From: Anthoceros angustus
Taxonomy: Eukaryota; Plantae; Anthocerotophyta
DNA: 64,000 nucleotides
Assembly (NCBI GenBank): GCA_010909165.1
Contig: VJWM01000192.1
Span: forward strand, 186,001-250,000
Direction: 5' to 3'
Of the stretch, positions 1 to 10,820 are shown piece by piece; the first letter of the stretch is position 1, and the number at the start of each line of letters is the position of its first letter. Made by a program: the position numbers and the translations under genes. Under the pieces are notes generated by a model. That model had not been told where the DNA came from. It saw nothing but the letters and a program-made list of their open reading frames with translations, and did no database searches.

Positions 1-269
1 GATGCGACCTACCAACCTTTGCCCTCACGCGCAAAAGGGTCGTTTGACCCGTTCTTCTTCAGGATATCCTCTTCATCTTCCTAACAATATCCTACAACTC
101 CGCTTCAAGATTCTCGGAAAATTTCTTGGCATGCTCCTCTTCAATCGTTCTAGCCAAAAAATCAAACTTGTTTGTCTTCGGGCTCTTTTGGGCTGGTTGC
201 CCAAACTTTTGCGTTCCACATACTCCCCACCTCACCTGTTTGCGTCCTCGCAAACAACAGTACCTCGGG

Positions 270-2060
270 TGAGGTACTTCTTGACCTTCCACCCATTGAC
301 TCGGTCGGCGATGGCGATGGCGGCTTTCCTTCTCTGCGACCACCTCGTAAGGTCCCATCCATCTCGGCTGAGCTTCCTGGAAAGTCTAGGTACCGACTAT
401 CATATAGAAGAACCAAATCCCGTCCACGATAGTCTCTTGCTTCCTTAACTTCCCATCATGCGATCTTTTACGAGTTCACGAATCCAGTGTTTCTTCTAAA
501 GCATCCTCCCTATGCTCCTCCTGTGCTATGAAAGCTTCTAACCTAGCTACCTGACTATCCTCTACAGTCATCCGTTCATCCTCCATGATCCTGTAGGTAG
601 GTACTTCAAATTCCACGGGCATCACAGGAGACATACCATATGTTAAATAATATGGTGTCTTCTTTGTGGTTATCTTCTCCGCGGTCCTGTAGGCCCACAA
701 TGCTGAGTGCAACTTAGCATCCCAATCATACATGTGTCCGATTACCTTGGTGAGGATTGTGCGAGCAACCCATTCGTCTTCTCCATCCATTTGCCTTTGG
801 GTTGTAGGAGTCGTCTTCGATGCGAATGTTGAAGTAGGTGGTTAGGGACTCAACGAGAGTTGAGGAAATGTGTCCCCGGTCGTGACCAACTCTAAAGGAC
901 ATCCATACCTCGTTATGATGTTCTCGAATAAAAATTTGGCCCTGCGGTCGTCATCCTTCCTTGTGCTTCCACCATCTTTGTACAATAATCCGTAGCCACC
1001 AAAATGTCTTCTTTGTGGTTATCTTCTCCATGATCCTGTAGGCCCACAATGCGAATGCAACTTAGCATCCCAATCATACATGTGTCACGATTACCTTGGT
1101 GAGGATTGTGCGAGCAACCCATTCGTCTTCTCCGTCAATCCATTTGCCTTTGGGTTGTAGTCGTCTTCGATGCGGATGTTGAAGTAGGTGGTTAGGGACT
1201 CGGACCGAGTTGAGGAAATGTGTCCCCGGTCTGACCAACTCTAAAGGACATCCGTACCTCGTTATGATGTTCTCGAATAAAAATTTGGCCCTGCGGTCGT
1301 CATCCTTCCTCGCTTCACTTCCACCATCTTTGTACAATAATCCGTAGCCACCAAAATGTCACTTCTTAGTCCATTGCGTTGGTGGTTTGATCGGTCCTCT
1401 GATCGATTCCCCACTTCTCGAGGTGCGGTGGTAAGATGTAGGTAAGAGGCCATTGTGTCGACAACGTGGCCGTCCAACCCTCGACACGCGTCACACCTCG
1501 GTGAACTCCACACATCCTTTTGCATCGTAGCCCACGAACCCGCATTCAAAATCTTCTTAACGGTCACTGTGCGAATAGTGTCCACCTCTTACGCATGTAA
1601 TGCCTCCGTGACAGTGAAGCTTCTTAGTCCATTGCGTTGGTGGTTTGATCGGTCCTCTGATCGATCCCCACTTCTCGAAGGTGCGGTGGTAAGATGTAGG
1701 TAAGAGGCCATTGTGTCGACAACGTGGGCCGTCCAACCCTCGACACGCGTCACACCTCGGTGAACTCCCCACATCCTTTTGCATCGTAGCCCACGAATCC
1801 ATTCAAAATCTTCTTAACGGTCACTGTGCGAATAGTGTCCACCGCCTCTTACGCATGTAATGCCTCGTGACAGTGAAGCTTCTTCAGCGTCGAGGCATCT
1901 CGGATCTTTCGTCGGACCTTGTTTATGCAGGACACCGCCCTCAGCGGTGCGAGGCTTTATGGAGAAAGACAGCTCGCCCCTCCTGGACAACCCGCCGGGC
2001 ATGGTTCCATGCTCCGAGAATTTCGTACCTCCCATTCAGCGGATATCTCGGCATGAACGC
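270..2060 (-). pseudogene. Integrase (HHCC zinc finger, DDE core, GPY/F), frameshifted and internally duplicated
   Basis: Fragments ALHA..GGHYSH..TVKKILNAGSWATMQKDV..RCDAC, ILVATDYCTKMVE, AKFLFENIITRYGCPLELV, WDAKLHSALWAYRTAEKITTKKTPYYLTYG, LVLLYDSRYLDFPG...WMGPYEVV. Confidence 0.88.
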
Positions 2061-3600
2061 CCCTCGCGTTCCAATCTCCTCCTCCCAGGCGTACCACGTC
2101 GCCTCCTCCTAGCTTCGTCGTGGCAGCCCCAAGTGGCGTGGATCTATCCGTAAATCCATCGCCTCCTTGCTTCTCCCTAGGTTCACATGCCCGGTTTGCG
2201 GCTCATGCATACTCCTCTTCGACAATGGGCCGACCGCCTTCTTACGCGGCTGGCCTCACGGCTTGGCCCTTTCGTGCCCCCATGGTGCCTCATGGGTGAT
2301 TTCCCATGAATCGCCATTTCCTTCTCCTGCGGTTTTCTTCAAGCTTGTCATGGGATGCATCTCCTTCCTGTTGCCAACTCGTGGCCTCCACTTGCAGCTC
2401 TGGCTCACCCTTGAGGAGCATTTCAGCCTCCTCCTCCCAGGCGTACCACGTCGCCTCCTCCTCCTCCTAGCTTCGTCCGGACCTTGTTTATGCAGGACAC
2501 CGCCCTCAGCGGTGCGAGGCTTTATGGAGAAAGACAGCTCGCCCCTCCCTGGACAACCCTTCGGGCATGGTTCCATGCTCCAGAAATTTGCGTACCTCCC
2601 CATTCAACAGATATCTCGGACACGAACGCCCCTCGCGTTCCAATCTCCTCCTCCCAGGCGTACCACGTCGCCTCCTGCTAGCTCGTCCAGTGGCAGCCCC
2701 AAGTGGCGTGGATCTATCCGTAAATCCATCGCCTCCTTGCTTCTCCCTAGGTTCACATACTTCGGTTTGCAGCTCATCTGCATACTCCTCTTCCAGCAAT
2801 GGGCCGACTTCGCCTTCTTCTGCCGGCCTGGCCTCACGGCTTGGCCCCGCTCGTGCCCCCATGGTCGCCTCATGGGTGATTTCCCATGAATCTGCCATTT
2901 CCTTCTCCTGCAGTTTTTCTTCAAGCTTGTCATGGGATGCATCTCCTTCCTGTTGCCAACTCGTGGCCTCCACTTGCAGTACTCCTGACTGCTCACCCTT
3001 GAGGAGCATTTCAGTCTCCTCCTCCCAGGCGTACCACGTCGCCTCCTCCTCCTCCTAGCTTCGTCCGGACCTTGTTTATGCAGGACACCGCCCTCAGCGG
3101 TGCGAGGCTTTATGGAGAAAGACAGCTCGCCCCTCCTGGACAACCCGGGCATGGTTCCATGCTCCGAAATTTCGTACCTCCCATTCAGCAGATATCGGGC
3201 ATGAACGCCCCTCGCGTTCCAATCTCCTCCTCCCAGGCGTACCACGTCGCCTCCTGCTAGCTCGTCCAGTGGCAGCCCCAAGTGGCGTGGATCTATCCGT
3301 AAATCCATCGCCTCCTTGCTTCTCCCTAGGTTCACATACTTGGTTTGCGGCTCATGCATACTCCTCTTCGACAATGGGCCGACTTAGCCTTCTTCTTGGC
3401 TGGCCTCACGTCTTGGCCCTTTCGTGCCCCCATGGTGCCTCATGGGCGATTTCCCATGAACACCGCCATTTCCTTCTCCTGCGGTTTTCTTCAAGCTTGT
3501 CATGGGATGCATCTCCTTCCTGTTGCCAACTCGTGGCCTCCACTTGCAGCTCTGTGCTCACCCTTGAGGAGCATTTCAGCCTCCTCCTCGCGCCATGCTG
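660..3600. repeat. Stacked imperfect tandem duplications inside pol: ~350 bp x2, ~257 bp x2, ~570-590 bp x3
   Basis: Anchors: cttctttgtggttatcttctcc near 660 and 1008; cttcttagtccattgcgttgg near 1363 and 1620; ggaccttgtttatgcaggacacc near 1913, 2479 and 3067. Confidence 0.9.
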
Positions 3601-3719
3601 GCGCCTCCTATCTCTCGGTTCCAGTTGTCCTGCTGCGGCTTTTCACTGGCGTTCCCTTCTTGCTCATTTGGCCTCTCTTCTAGCAACAAGACTTGCTGAT
3701 CAATTCTTAGGCCGTCTTC

Positions 3720-5110
3720 ATTATGCTCGTGTCCTTCTCCTTGACCCAGTCGTGGCGACCAACTCCTCGTCGAAATCGGTCATCTGTGCCTCAAGTCGCT
3801 CTCCGGTTTCGGCGAGAAATGAAATCAGCGTTCTGATGTTGCTTCCACGGTTTTCTACGTCGTAGTCAAACTCTTGCAGCGATAGTACCCACGGCAATCC
3901 TTCGACAAATCGGCTTGTTGACAAGATACTTCAACGCAAAATGGTCAACATGAAGCGTCACCTTGCAAGCAAGCGGATAGTGTCTAAACTTCTTACGAGT
4001 AAATGATACCAAGACCCTCCGCTCCGTGGTTGAGTAGTTCTTTTCAGCGTCGAGGCATCTCGCATAGAAAATCGGATGATCCGTTTCTTCTCGTCCTTCG
4101 GCTTAAGGCGGTCCCAATGGCATAGCGGACACATCACGTATACATGAAGCGGTTTTCCCAATCGGTGGTTTGCAGCGTTGTGCGCTCACCAAGCATCCTT
4201 CAAGCTGAAAAGCCTCACGCCTGCGTTGTCCATTCGAGGTGTATCCTTCTTGGTCAATTGTGTCAACAAGGCCTTCTTGGCGAAATCCTTGATGAACCTC
4301 TGTAATATCCTACCAGCCCTACAAAAGCCTTTGCCTCACCGTTTGTGGTGCGTCCATCTCGACTATGCTACCTTCTCCTTATCTACACCGCAATCCTCGC
4401 TCACGAAACTCGATGTGCCAGATACCTCGTCATACCAAAATAACACTTCCACGGATGAAGTTTCATGTTCGATTCTCTGCATCTCGAAACATTGCCTCAA
4501 ATGATCTAGATGCAGTTCCTTCTCCCAAACACGAAATCATCTAGGAATACCTCCATGAACTTCGGAAATCTCGGAATATGCGTTCACCACTCGTTGAAAG
4601 TGGCGGGGCGTTACACAACCCGAAGGGAGCTTGAATAAGCGTAAGTTCCCAATCGGTTGTGAGCGTGTCTTATCTGATCCTCCTTCCTCAGCAATCGATT
4701 GTACCAGTACCCATCGAGCTGTACATTTCATGGCCAGCCATGTATCTGCTGTCCATGAAAGGTAAAGGTGATGATCCTTCTTCGTTGCTTCATTGAGTTT
4801 CGAAATCTTGACACACCGAACCTTTCCTGTTGCTTCTTGGTACAATTCACGATGGGCGACCCACTCCTTTGGTGAGCCGGATAAATCACCCCCCTCCAAG
4901 TATTGGTCGATTGATCCTTAACAACCATGGAATACTTGGGATTCAGTATTGCTTGATCCTTACGGTGTCTTGCCCTCCTTCAAATCAATTCGATGTATCC
5001 CGGTTCTTGGTATCTGTCATGTCGGTAATCTTGAAGGCAAACACATCGACATACTCCCTAAGCATGCTACGAAACTCTTCCTTTTCCACCTGGCCTAGAT
5101 ACCTAGAAAT
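3720..5110 (-). pseudogene. Reverse transcriptase and RNase H of the gypsy element
   Basis: Fragments LREYVDVFAFKITDM, EVFLDDF, FVGLVGYY.RFIKDFAK and WVLSLQEFDYDV in shifting frames. Confidence 0.85.
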
Positions 5111-5639
5111 CTTGACTACCTTGCCGGGTTCTAACTCTAAATCCTCCACCGCGTCTGGATCTACGTAGGTTCCTTCCGGACTGCTGCCTATACTGGTTCC
5201 GGATCCCTCTTCCGGAAAGTCTCGCTCATAAGCTTTGCCCTTCCAAAAGGCTACTCCTTCTCTATGGGCCTCATCTTCTGATTCTTCTATGACTTCCTCT
5301 ATATGTAAACAGGTATACACCAAATCACTCTTTATTTGACCTCGTGAGGACCCCGATATGCTCGATCCTTTGCAGGAGCTTACCCCGTGCTACAGGTGTA
5401 CCGTCGGGGGGTTGCGGACTCCCCTCATAAGGAGCCTTACTCCATGACACAGCAATCGCCGCGGTCCGTGTCTCTTGGACTTGAAGGTGATGCCACTCGA
5501 CCAAAATCAAAAACACACGCGTACCATACAACCAAGGCCTACCTATCAAAACCTTATAGCCTAAATCCGAAACCGGCGCATCACAATGTAGGTAAGATGG
5601 AAGGTGAGTCCCCAATTCGGTGGGCACGTCCTTGACCCC

Positions 5640-6000
5640 TAGTGGCTTTCTCCTTATGCAGTCGGCCATCCGTAAAAATACTCGGGCCGGGTGAAACTCA
5701 GTGAACCCAAGTTGATGAGCTGTCTCCTCCGTCATCAAGTTGACTCCCGATCCCGAATCTAATGGCACGTTGGGCACCAAACACCCCGCAATTTCCACCT
5801 CAATCTCGGGTGCCCCCAAATCAATGAGTTCGACCACATTTACCTCCACTGGCCGCTTCCTCCCTCCTACTACTTCAGGGATTCCCCTGATCGCCTCCTT
5901 CACAATTTTGCGGGATCTCGGACTCATAGCAAGCAACTGTCTCAGACTGACCACAAATTCGCGGTCAAGTAACGTCGTGGCGGAGATTTTATCGACAAGG
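5640..6000 (-). pseudogene. Retroviral-type aspartic protease
   Basis: IEVEIAGCLVPNVPLDSGSGVNLM carries the D-S-G catalytic motif. Confidence 0.85.
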
Positions 6001-6499
6001 TTTCCTCCCGCTTGCAGACAGCTGGTCGACTCCGACCTTATTGGTAAAGCTTCGATTCCATGATCCCTCCTATCGGTGGGACCCATACCGGCGGATCAAT
6101 AATTTACGGCTCCACATTCGTCTTCCCATGCCGGGTGAGCCTGTTTAGCTCATCTTCCAGCATCGCCGCTACTTCTCGGCTGATGTCGGGAGGAAGCGTG
6201 GTTCGTTCCTCCCTCTCCTTGACCTGCCGCTTGCCCCCAGGGAGTGCAGCAAATCTACTTTGGGGGTGGGCCTCCCTCTCCTCCTCGCGCTTGGCGCGTC
6301 TCGGAAGGTGAGTCGTCCCTCACCTTCTCCTTCCTTTCCTCCTGCTCGCCCGTTTTCCGTACCTCGGCCTTTCTCCCGCGGCCGATCGGTGGTCACCTTG
6401 GCCACCATCAATCCTTCATCCGCACTCATCTCTCCTTCATACCCCTCTTCCACGATCCACGATGTCACCGATCCGTCGAGGAATCATACTCGCCTCCAC

Positions 6500-8080
6500 C
6501 TTGACCGGTGTCGTGGTCACGGTGATCGCGGTTTGAGTTGGGCCTTGCCTCCTCTGCCAGTTCCTCGTCGACCCACAGTCTGGTGCCACTCGCGCCACAC
6601 CCGAGCACAGGATCCCCATTTTATGTCCCAATTCCTTGCATGACAAAAGGGTACATAACCCACTTGCTTCGTGGTTACGGCATTCATTTGAGTAGTGACA
6701 CGGTGCTCCGCAATTGTAACAACACCCACAGGAATCGCCATCGGCCTGCGATGGATCGGTCTCCATGGTCCTGGCGATGTCGGTCGCGATCCATACCTCG
6801 AGGGAACTGGTGTAGCCGGTTGGTAAGTCGCCCTCATTGATTGAGGTGGCCGACTTCCAGTGACCGCTTGCACCTGGTAAGCTTCATCCACATACCAATA
6901 GTCCCCTGGCATGACGGTTTCCACATGATTTACAGCATGTCGTGGTGCGAATACATTCCTGTTGGTGTGTCCCGTTTGATGACAAATTGAGCAATACACC
7001 AAGCGCCTTGCGTGAGGAGATCTTCGTGGAGCTTGATTCTTCACGCCTTGACCTCTAACTCGGTCAATCTTGGTCAAAGCCTCCACTTGTCCAATTCCTC
7101 CTCCTGCTGACGTTTCTCCCTTCTCCATCCGACGGACCGTCTTCCCTTCCTCTCCTTCTCCAATCGCGTTCCGCTTCTTCCCGTTTGACCTTCTCCGGTC
7201 CTTCTTTATTCGCCGTTCGTAGGCCTTCTCGATTCCTCATCCGATGTGGAGCTTTCTTGAGTTCCGCTATCCTCACTTTCGATGAGGCGAGGGTGACGAG
7301 CTGGAGGAGGTGGCGGAAGGCGAGCTAGATCTCCTCGATCCTTTCCTCTTCTTATGACCGCCTCTTCTTCTTCTCCTCCCTAACTCGGCGGACTCCCATT
7401 CCTCGGCCAAGCGGAGGCCCCTTAACGTCTTCGTCCACGCTGCGGTGTACCTCCATTTTCGAGACAAGCCACTCACGAACCAATCCAATGCTTGCTCTTG
7501 TGAGTACCCGGAGGTGGGTGGATCCCCCGGCCTCTCGGGTGCACATTTCGGAACTCGATCCAGATACCCGTAAAACCTCTCCACATAATCGAACAAAGAT
7601 TCTCGTTTCTTCCTATGAAGGGTCCTCAACTTTGCCAAGGTGTGGTGTGCGTAGCTGAGCCCTCGGAACCGATTCAAGAAGGCTGCTTTGAGAGCTTCCC
7701 AATCCTGGCGCCACCGAATTATAGGTGCGACCGTACCACTGTTGTGCATGCCCTCTCAGATCCGGAAAGATCGTGATCGATCGGCGACTCCATCCTCCAA
7801 TTAGCGTGGGAGACGTGCTCAAAGTTCTTACAAGCGCCTCCGCGTCATCTCCCTTCTTCTTCGCGAATTTGGCGTATTCTTGGCGACTATGAAGTTGGGG
7901 CGGTCCTCCTCCTCCACCAACTCCACTCATGTTGCTCGGTCGGAGTGTCCACGCTGGACCAACACTCCTCTCGCCGGGGTAACAGGAAACAAATCGGGAT
8001 CCTTGAGGAGTAGCGACCTCCCCTCTAGTTCGTCCCAAAAGATCAATCTGACCAGCGATTCGATCGAGTCGTTCCGCCAA
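6500..8080 (-). pseudogene. Gag (capsid-like domain plus CCHC zinc knuckles)
   Basis: WEALKAAFLNRFRG...LRTLHRKKRESLFDYVERF; knuckles CSICHQTGHTNRN and CYNCGAPCHYSNEC. Confidence 0.85.
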
Positions 8081-8189
8081 ATCCTCCGACCAAGCCTGAA
8101 ACTCCCCGCTACTGACGACCTCGTCGTCACTGTCGGTCTCACTGGGAGATGAGGTGGTGTCACCGCTTTGAGAAGCAAAGCGTCGCGGG

Positions 8190-8700
8190 CGTTCGCGGCG
8201 GTGTGAGCGGTAACTCGTGCTCGGAGGCGCGACCCTTCCTAAATCCGGTCACCAGCTTCTCTTCTCGACCTCCTTCCTCTCGCCGGTGATCTCGCCTCTT
8301 CCTCCTCCACTTTTTCGTGCCGTTCACCTCGTCGCCTTAGTCAAGGCGACTTCTTCCGTCGCTCGTAACTCTACTTCCTCCGCTGCCCTCGAGTGGCGGC
8401 GTGTCTCTTCCCAGTGATTCTTCGCAAGGCTCGTAAATCTCTTGCGGTGGCGGTGTGAAGTAACTCGTGCTCGGAGGCGCGACCCTTCCTAAATCCTTTG
8501 GCCCTTCTTCTTCTCGACCTCCTTCCTCTCGTCGGTGATCTCGCCTCTTCCTCCTCCACTTTTCTCCATCGTTCCGCACCTCCGCGCCTTAGAGTCAAGG
8601 CGACTTCTTCCGTCGCTCGTAACTCTACTTCCTCCGCTGCCCTCGAGTGGCGGCGGTGGCGGTCTCTTCCAGCTTCGCAAGGCTCGTAAATCTCTTGCAG
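8190..8700. repeat. ~260-bp tandem duplication in the retroelement 5' leader
   Basis: taactcgtgctcggaggcgcgacccttcctaaatcc near 8212 and 8461. Confidence 0.85.
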
Positions 8701-8962
8701 TGACAGGCGGTGGTGACCTTCCGCGTGTATCCCCCCTAGATCGACCCCTGTCTGACATCTGCAACCATCCTCATGTCCTCCAACCCACAGTCGTTAAGAA
8801 GGAAGCAAACCACACCCCTCTAGTGTCTCAACCATTCACCCCGATGACAACTAAAGGTCGTGAAGCTTCTTCCTCACAACACATGGTCGACCCTCAGTCC
8901 CTTCTCAAGCATGCTACAGCCTAGCGATGGAAACCACAAAACTTCAACCTTTCAACAACAAA

Positions 8963-8980
8963 TCCCCGGCAACGGCGCCA
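8963..8980 (-). promoter_or_regulatory. Primer binding site complementary to tRNA-Asp 3' end
   Basis: Minus strand TGGCGCCGTTGCCGGGGA lies 4 nt from the LTR end; plus strand tccccggcaacggcgcca matches the plant tRNA-Asp(GUC) 3' terminus as recalled. Confidence 0.9.
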
Positions 8981-8984
8981 AAAA

Positions 8985-9707
8985 TGTGGTAGGGAGAATC
9001 CGGGGCACTCCCAGGTCCTCCCACTATAGCGGCCACACTTATCCCACTGTCGCTTCGTACGTTGGGTTTCGTCCCATGAGACTTGTGTGAAAGTTCGAGG
9101 TCTTGTGATGCCCGTCGCTACACACACTCTCGACCTTCTCAAGCAAGGCGCCCTACTCTCCCTCTCACGGTGCACCACTTGCTTGAAAATCGCCAACCTC
9201 GACCCACAGCGACACAAAACAATTGCGGGTCACCTCGGACAAGAGCCTACCACGGGCGCCCAGGACCCCAGTTCACACGATTTCGTCCCTACTTCTAAGA
9301 CCAAACTTGACCTACAGCGACACAACACAATTGCGGTCACCTCGTGAGCCTACCACGGGCGCCCAGGACCCCAGTTCACACGATTTCGTCCCTACTTCTA
9401 AGACTACTCTTCTCCACTCGGGGCGCTCGTTTACTTGCAGTTGGGATTCGTCCCTTAGGCTCTGCACGTGGCCTTCCACTAACACCTACACCTCTAATCC
9501 TCTACTCATCTTCTCATCTCCTCATCCTCTTCCTCCTATTCTAACCTCGATTCGGGCTTCTTGGTTTCGACTCGCCCTTACGGCTGGCACAGGGTCGCCT
9601 CCACCAAGTTCTTCCTTGGGCGGTTGCTATGAGTTTGACACCCAGTGAGAACCTCCAGTCTTTCCTGTAGTCTACCCTCAAGCCGAGTTCTCTGGGCATT
9701 TGCCACA
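8985..9707 (-). repeat. Long terminal repeat (723 bp)
   Basis: TGTGG...CCACA termini, PBS on one side, TTTGGGTG PPT-like motif on the other; internal ~100-bp direct repeat at 9201-9301 and 9310-9403. Confidence 0.8.
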
Positions 9708-9717
9708 CACCCAAAGC
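9708..9717 (-). promoter_or_regulatory. Athila-type polypurine tract
   Basis: Minus strand GCTTTGGGTG directly abuts the LTR start TGTGGC, resembling the Athila TTTGGGGG-type PPT. Confidence 0.6.
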
Positions 9718-10820
9718 AAAGCAATTTCACGGCAACCATTCACAAGGAGCAACTCGTTTAGGCACTTGCGTGAGCAAGTCCTCCACCAAGCACTCCGACC
9801 ACGACTTCCTCTCTACGACGTGTTGGCTCACACCGCACGAAATTCCTCTGTAATGGCAAAGGACTCGATGGCGTGGGCGCAAGACATGATACTTTACTTT
9901 GTGAAATCCTCCTCCTCTTATAGGAGGCCTTCCACATACAACCTCCCTTGGGTGACCCTCTGCAGTCACCTTTTCCAATATTCTATTATTTCCTACATGA
10001 CATTTAATGTCGGCACCTAGTCTATTATGCATTTCTTGGTAAATTCTATTCTAGCAACTTCACCTAAGTCTATCCTTGAAGGATGTCGATTACATCACCT
10101 ATCCTTCCTATTCTTCTACCTAGCATTTATGGTCCCTTGACCATATCTAGTCTTCACCTCTTTGGGGTGGGGCGTGTCCTGGTGGATTGGCTCCCTCGCC
10201 CTCCTTTTGCTCTTGCCCTTCCCGGCCTTTGTCCGCTTCCTAATGTGTGGGGCAAGTACAATCTTGCCCTTCCTCCATCTCCGGGCGGCGTGGATTCCTC
10301 GGCCCTCCGGCAATCGCGCTTCCCGCGCACCTAGGCGCCTTCCTCCATCTCCGTGCCTCGTCGCGATCTGTTTTCGCACCCTACCGCGGTAGTCGGCGGA
10401 CTACGTGGTAGTCGGCGGACTACGTGGTAGTCGGCTAACTCCTTCTTCCTTCTTTCCCCTTCTCATCGGTGAGGGTTTCTTGGGTCGGGATCTTCATTGC
10501 TCTTTGCCTTTTGTGGTTGTCCATACCTATCATAGAGCACCCTTCATCCCCATCGCCCACCATGCATTTTGCCTAATCTCTCGGGCCCTTTTGCGTTGGA
10601 CTCCTCCTCGGGTCCGGTTCCTCCCTTACTCGTGGGATAAGGGGTTCCTCACCCTTCCTTCCTCCGGGGTGGGACCGTCCTTAGTTTCCTCCGGTGGGGT
10701 TGTCTCTCCCACCACCATGCTCCAGGGGTATCCGCACCCCGGCCTTCCATCTTGATTGGGCGCGTCCCAACTCCCAACAAGCTGCCGTGCCCGCGGGCTG
10801 CCCTACCGGTAGTCGGCGGA

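Larger units (their letters stand above)
1..9707 (-). mobile_element. Ty3/gypsy LTR retrotransposon, non-chromoviral (Athila-like); 3' end runs off the left edge
   Basis: Domain order on the minus strand is LTR, PBS, gag, protease, RT, RNase H, integrase with GPY/F tail; many frameshifts. Confidence 0.92.

Noticed and set aside
2167-3865. Plus-strand ORFs of 160-240 aa over the retroelement
   Set aside because: Antisense shadows of the minus-strand pol duplications.
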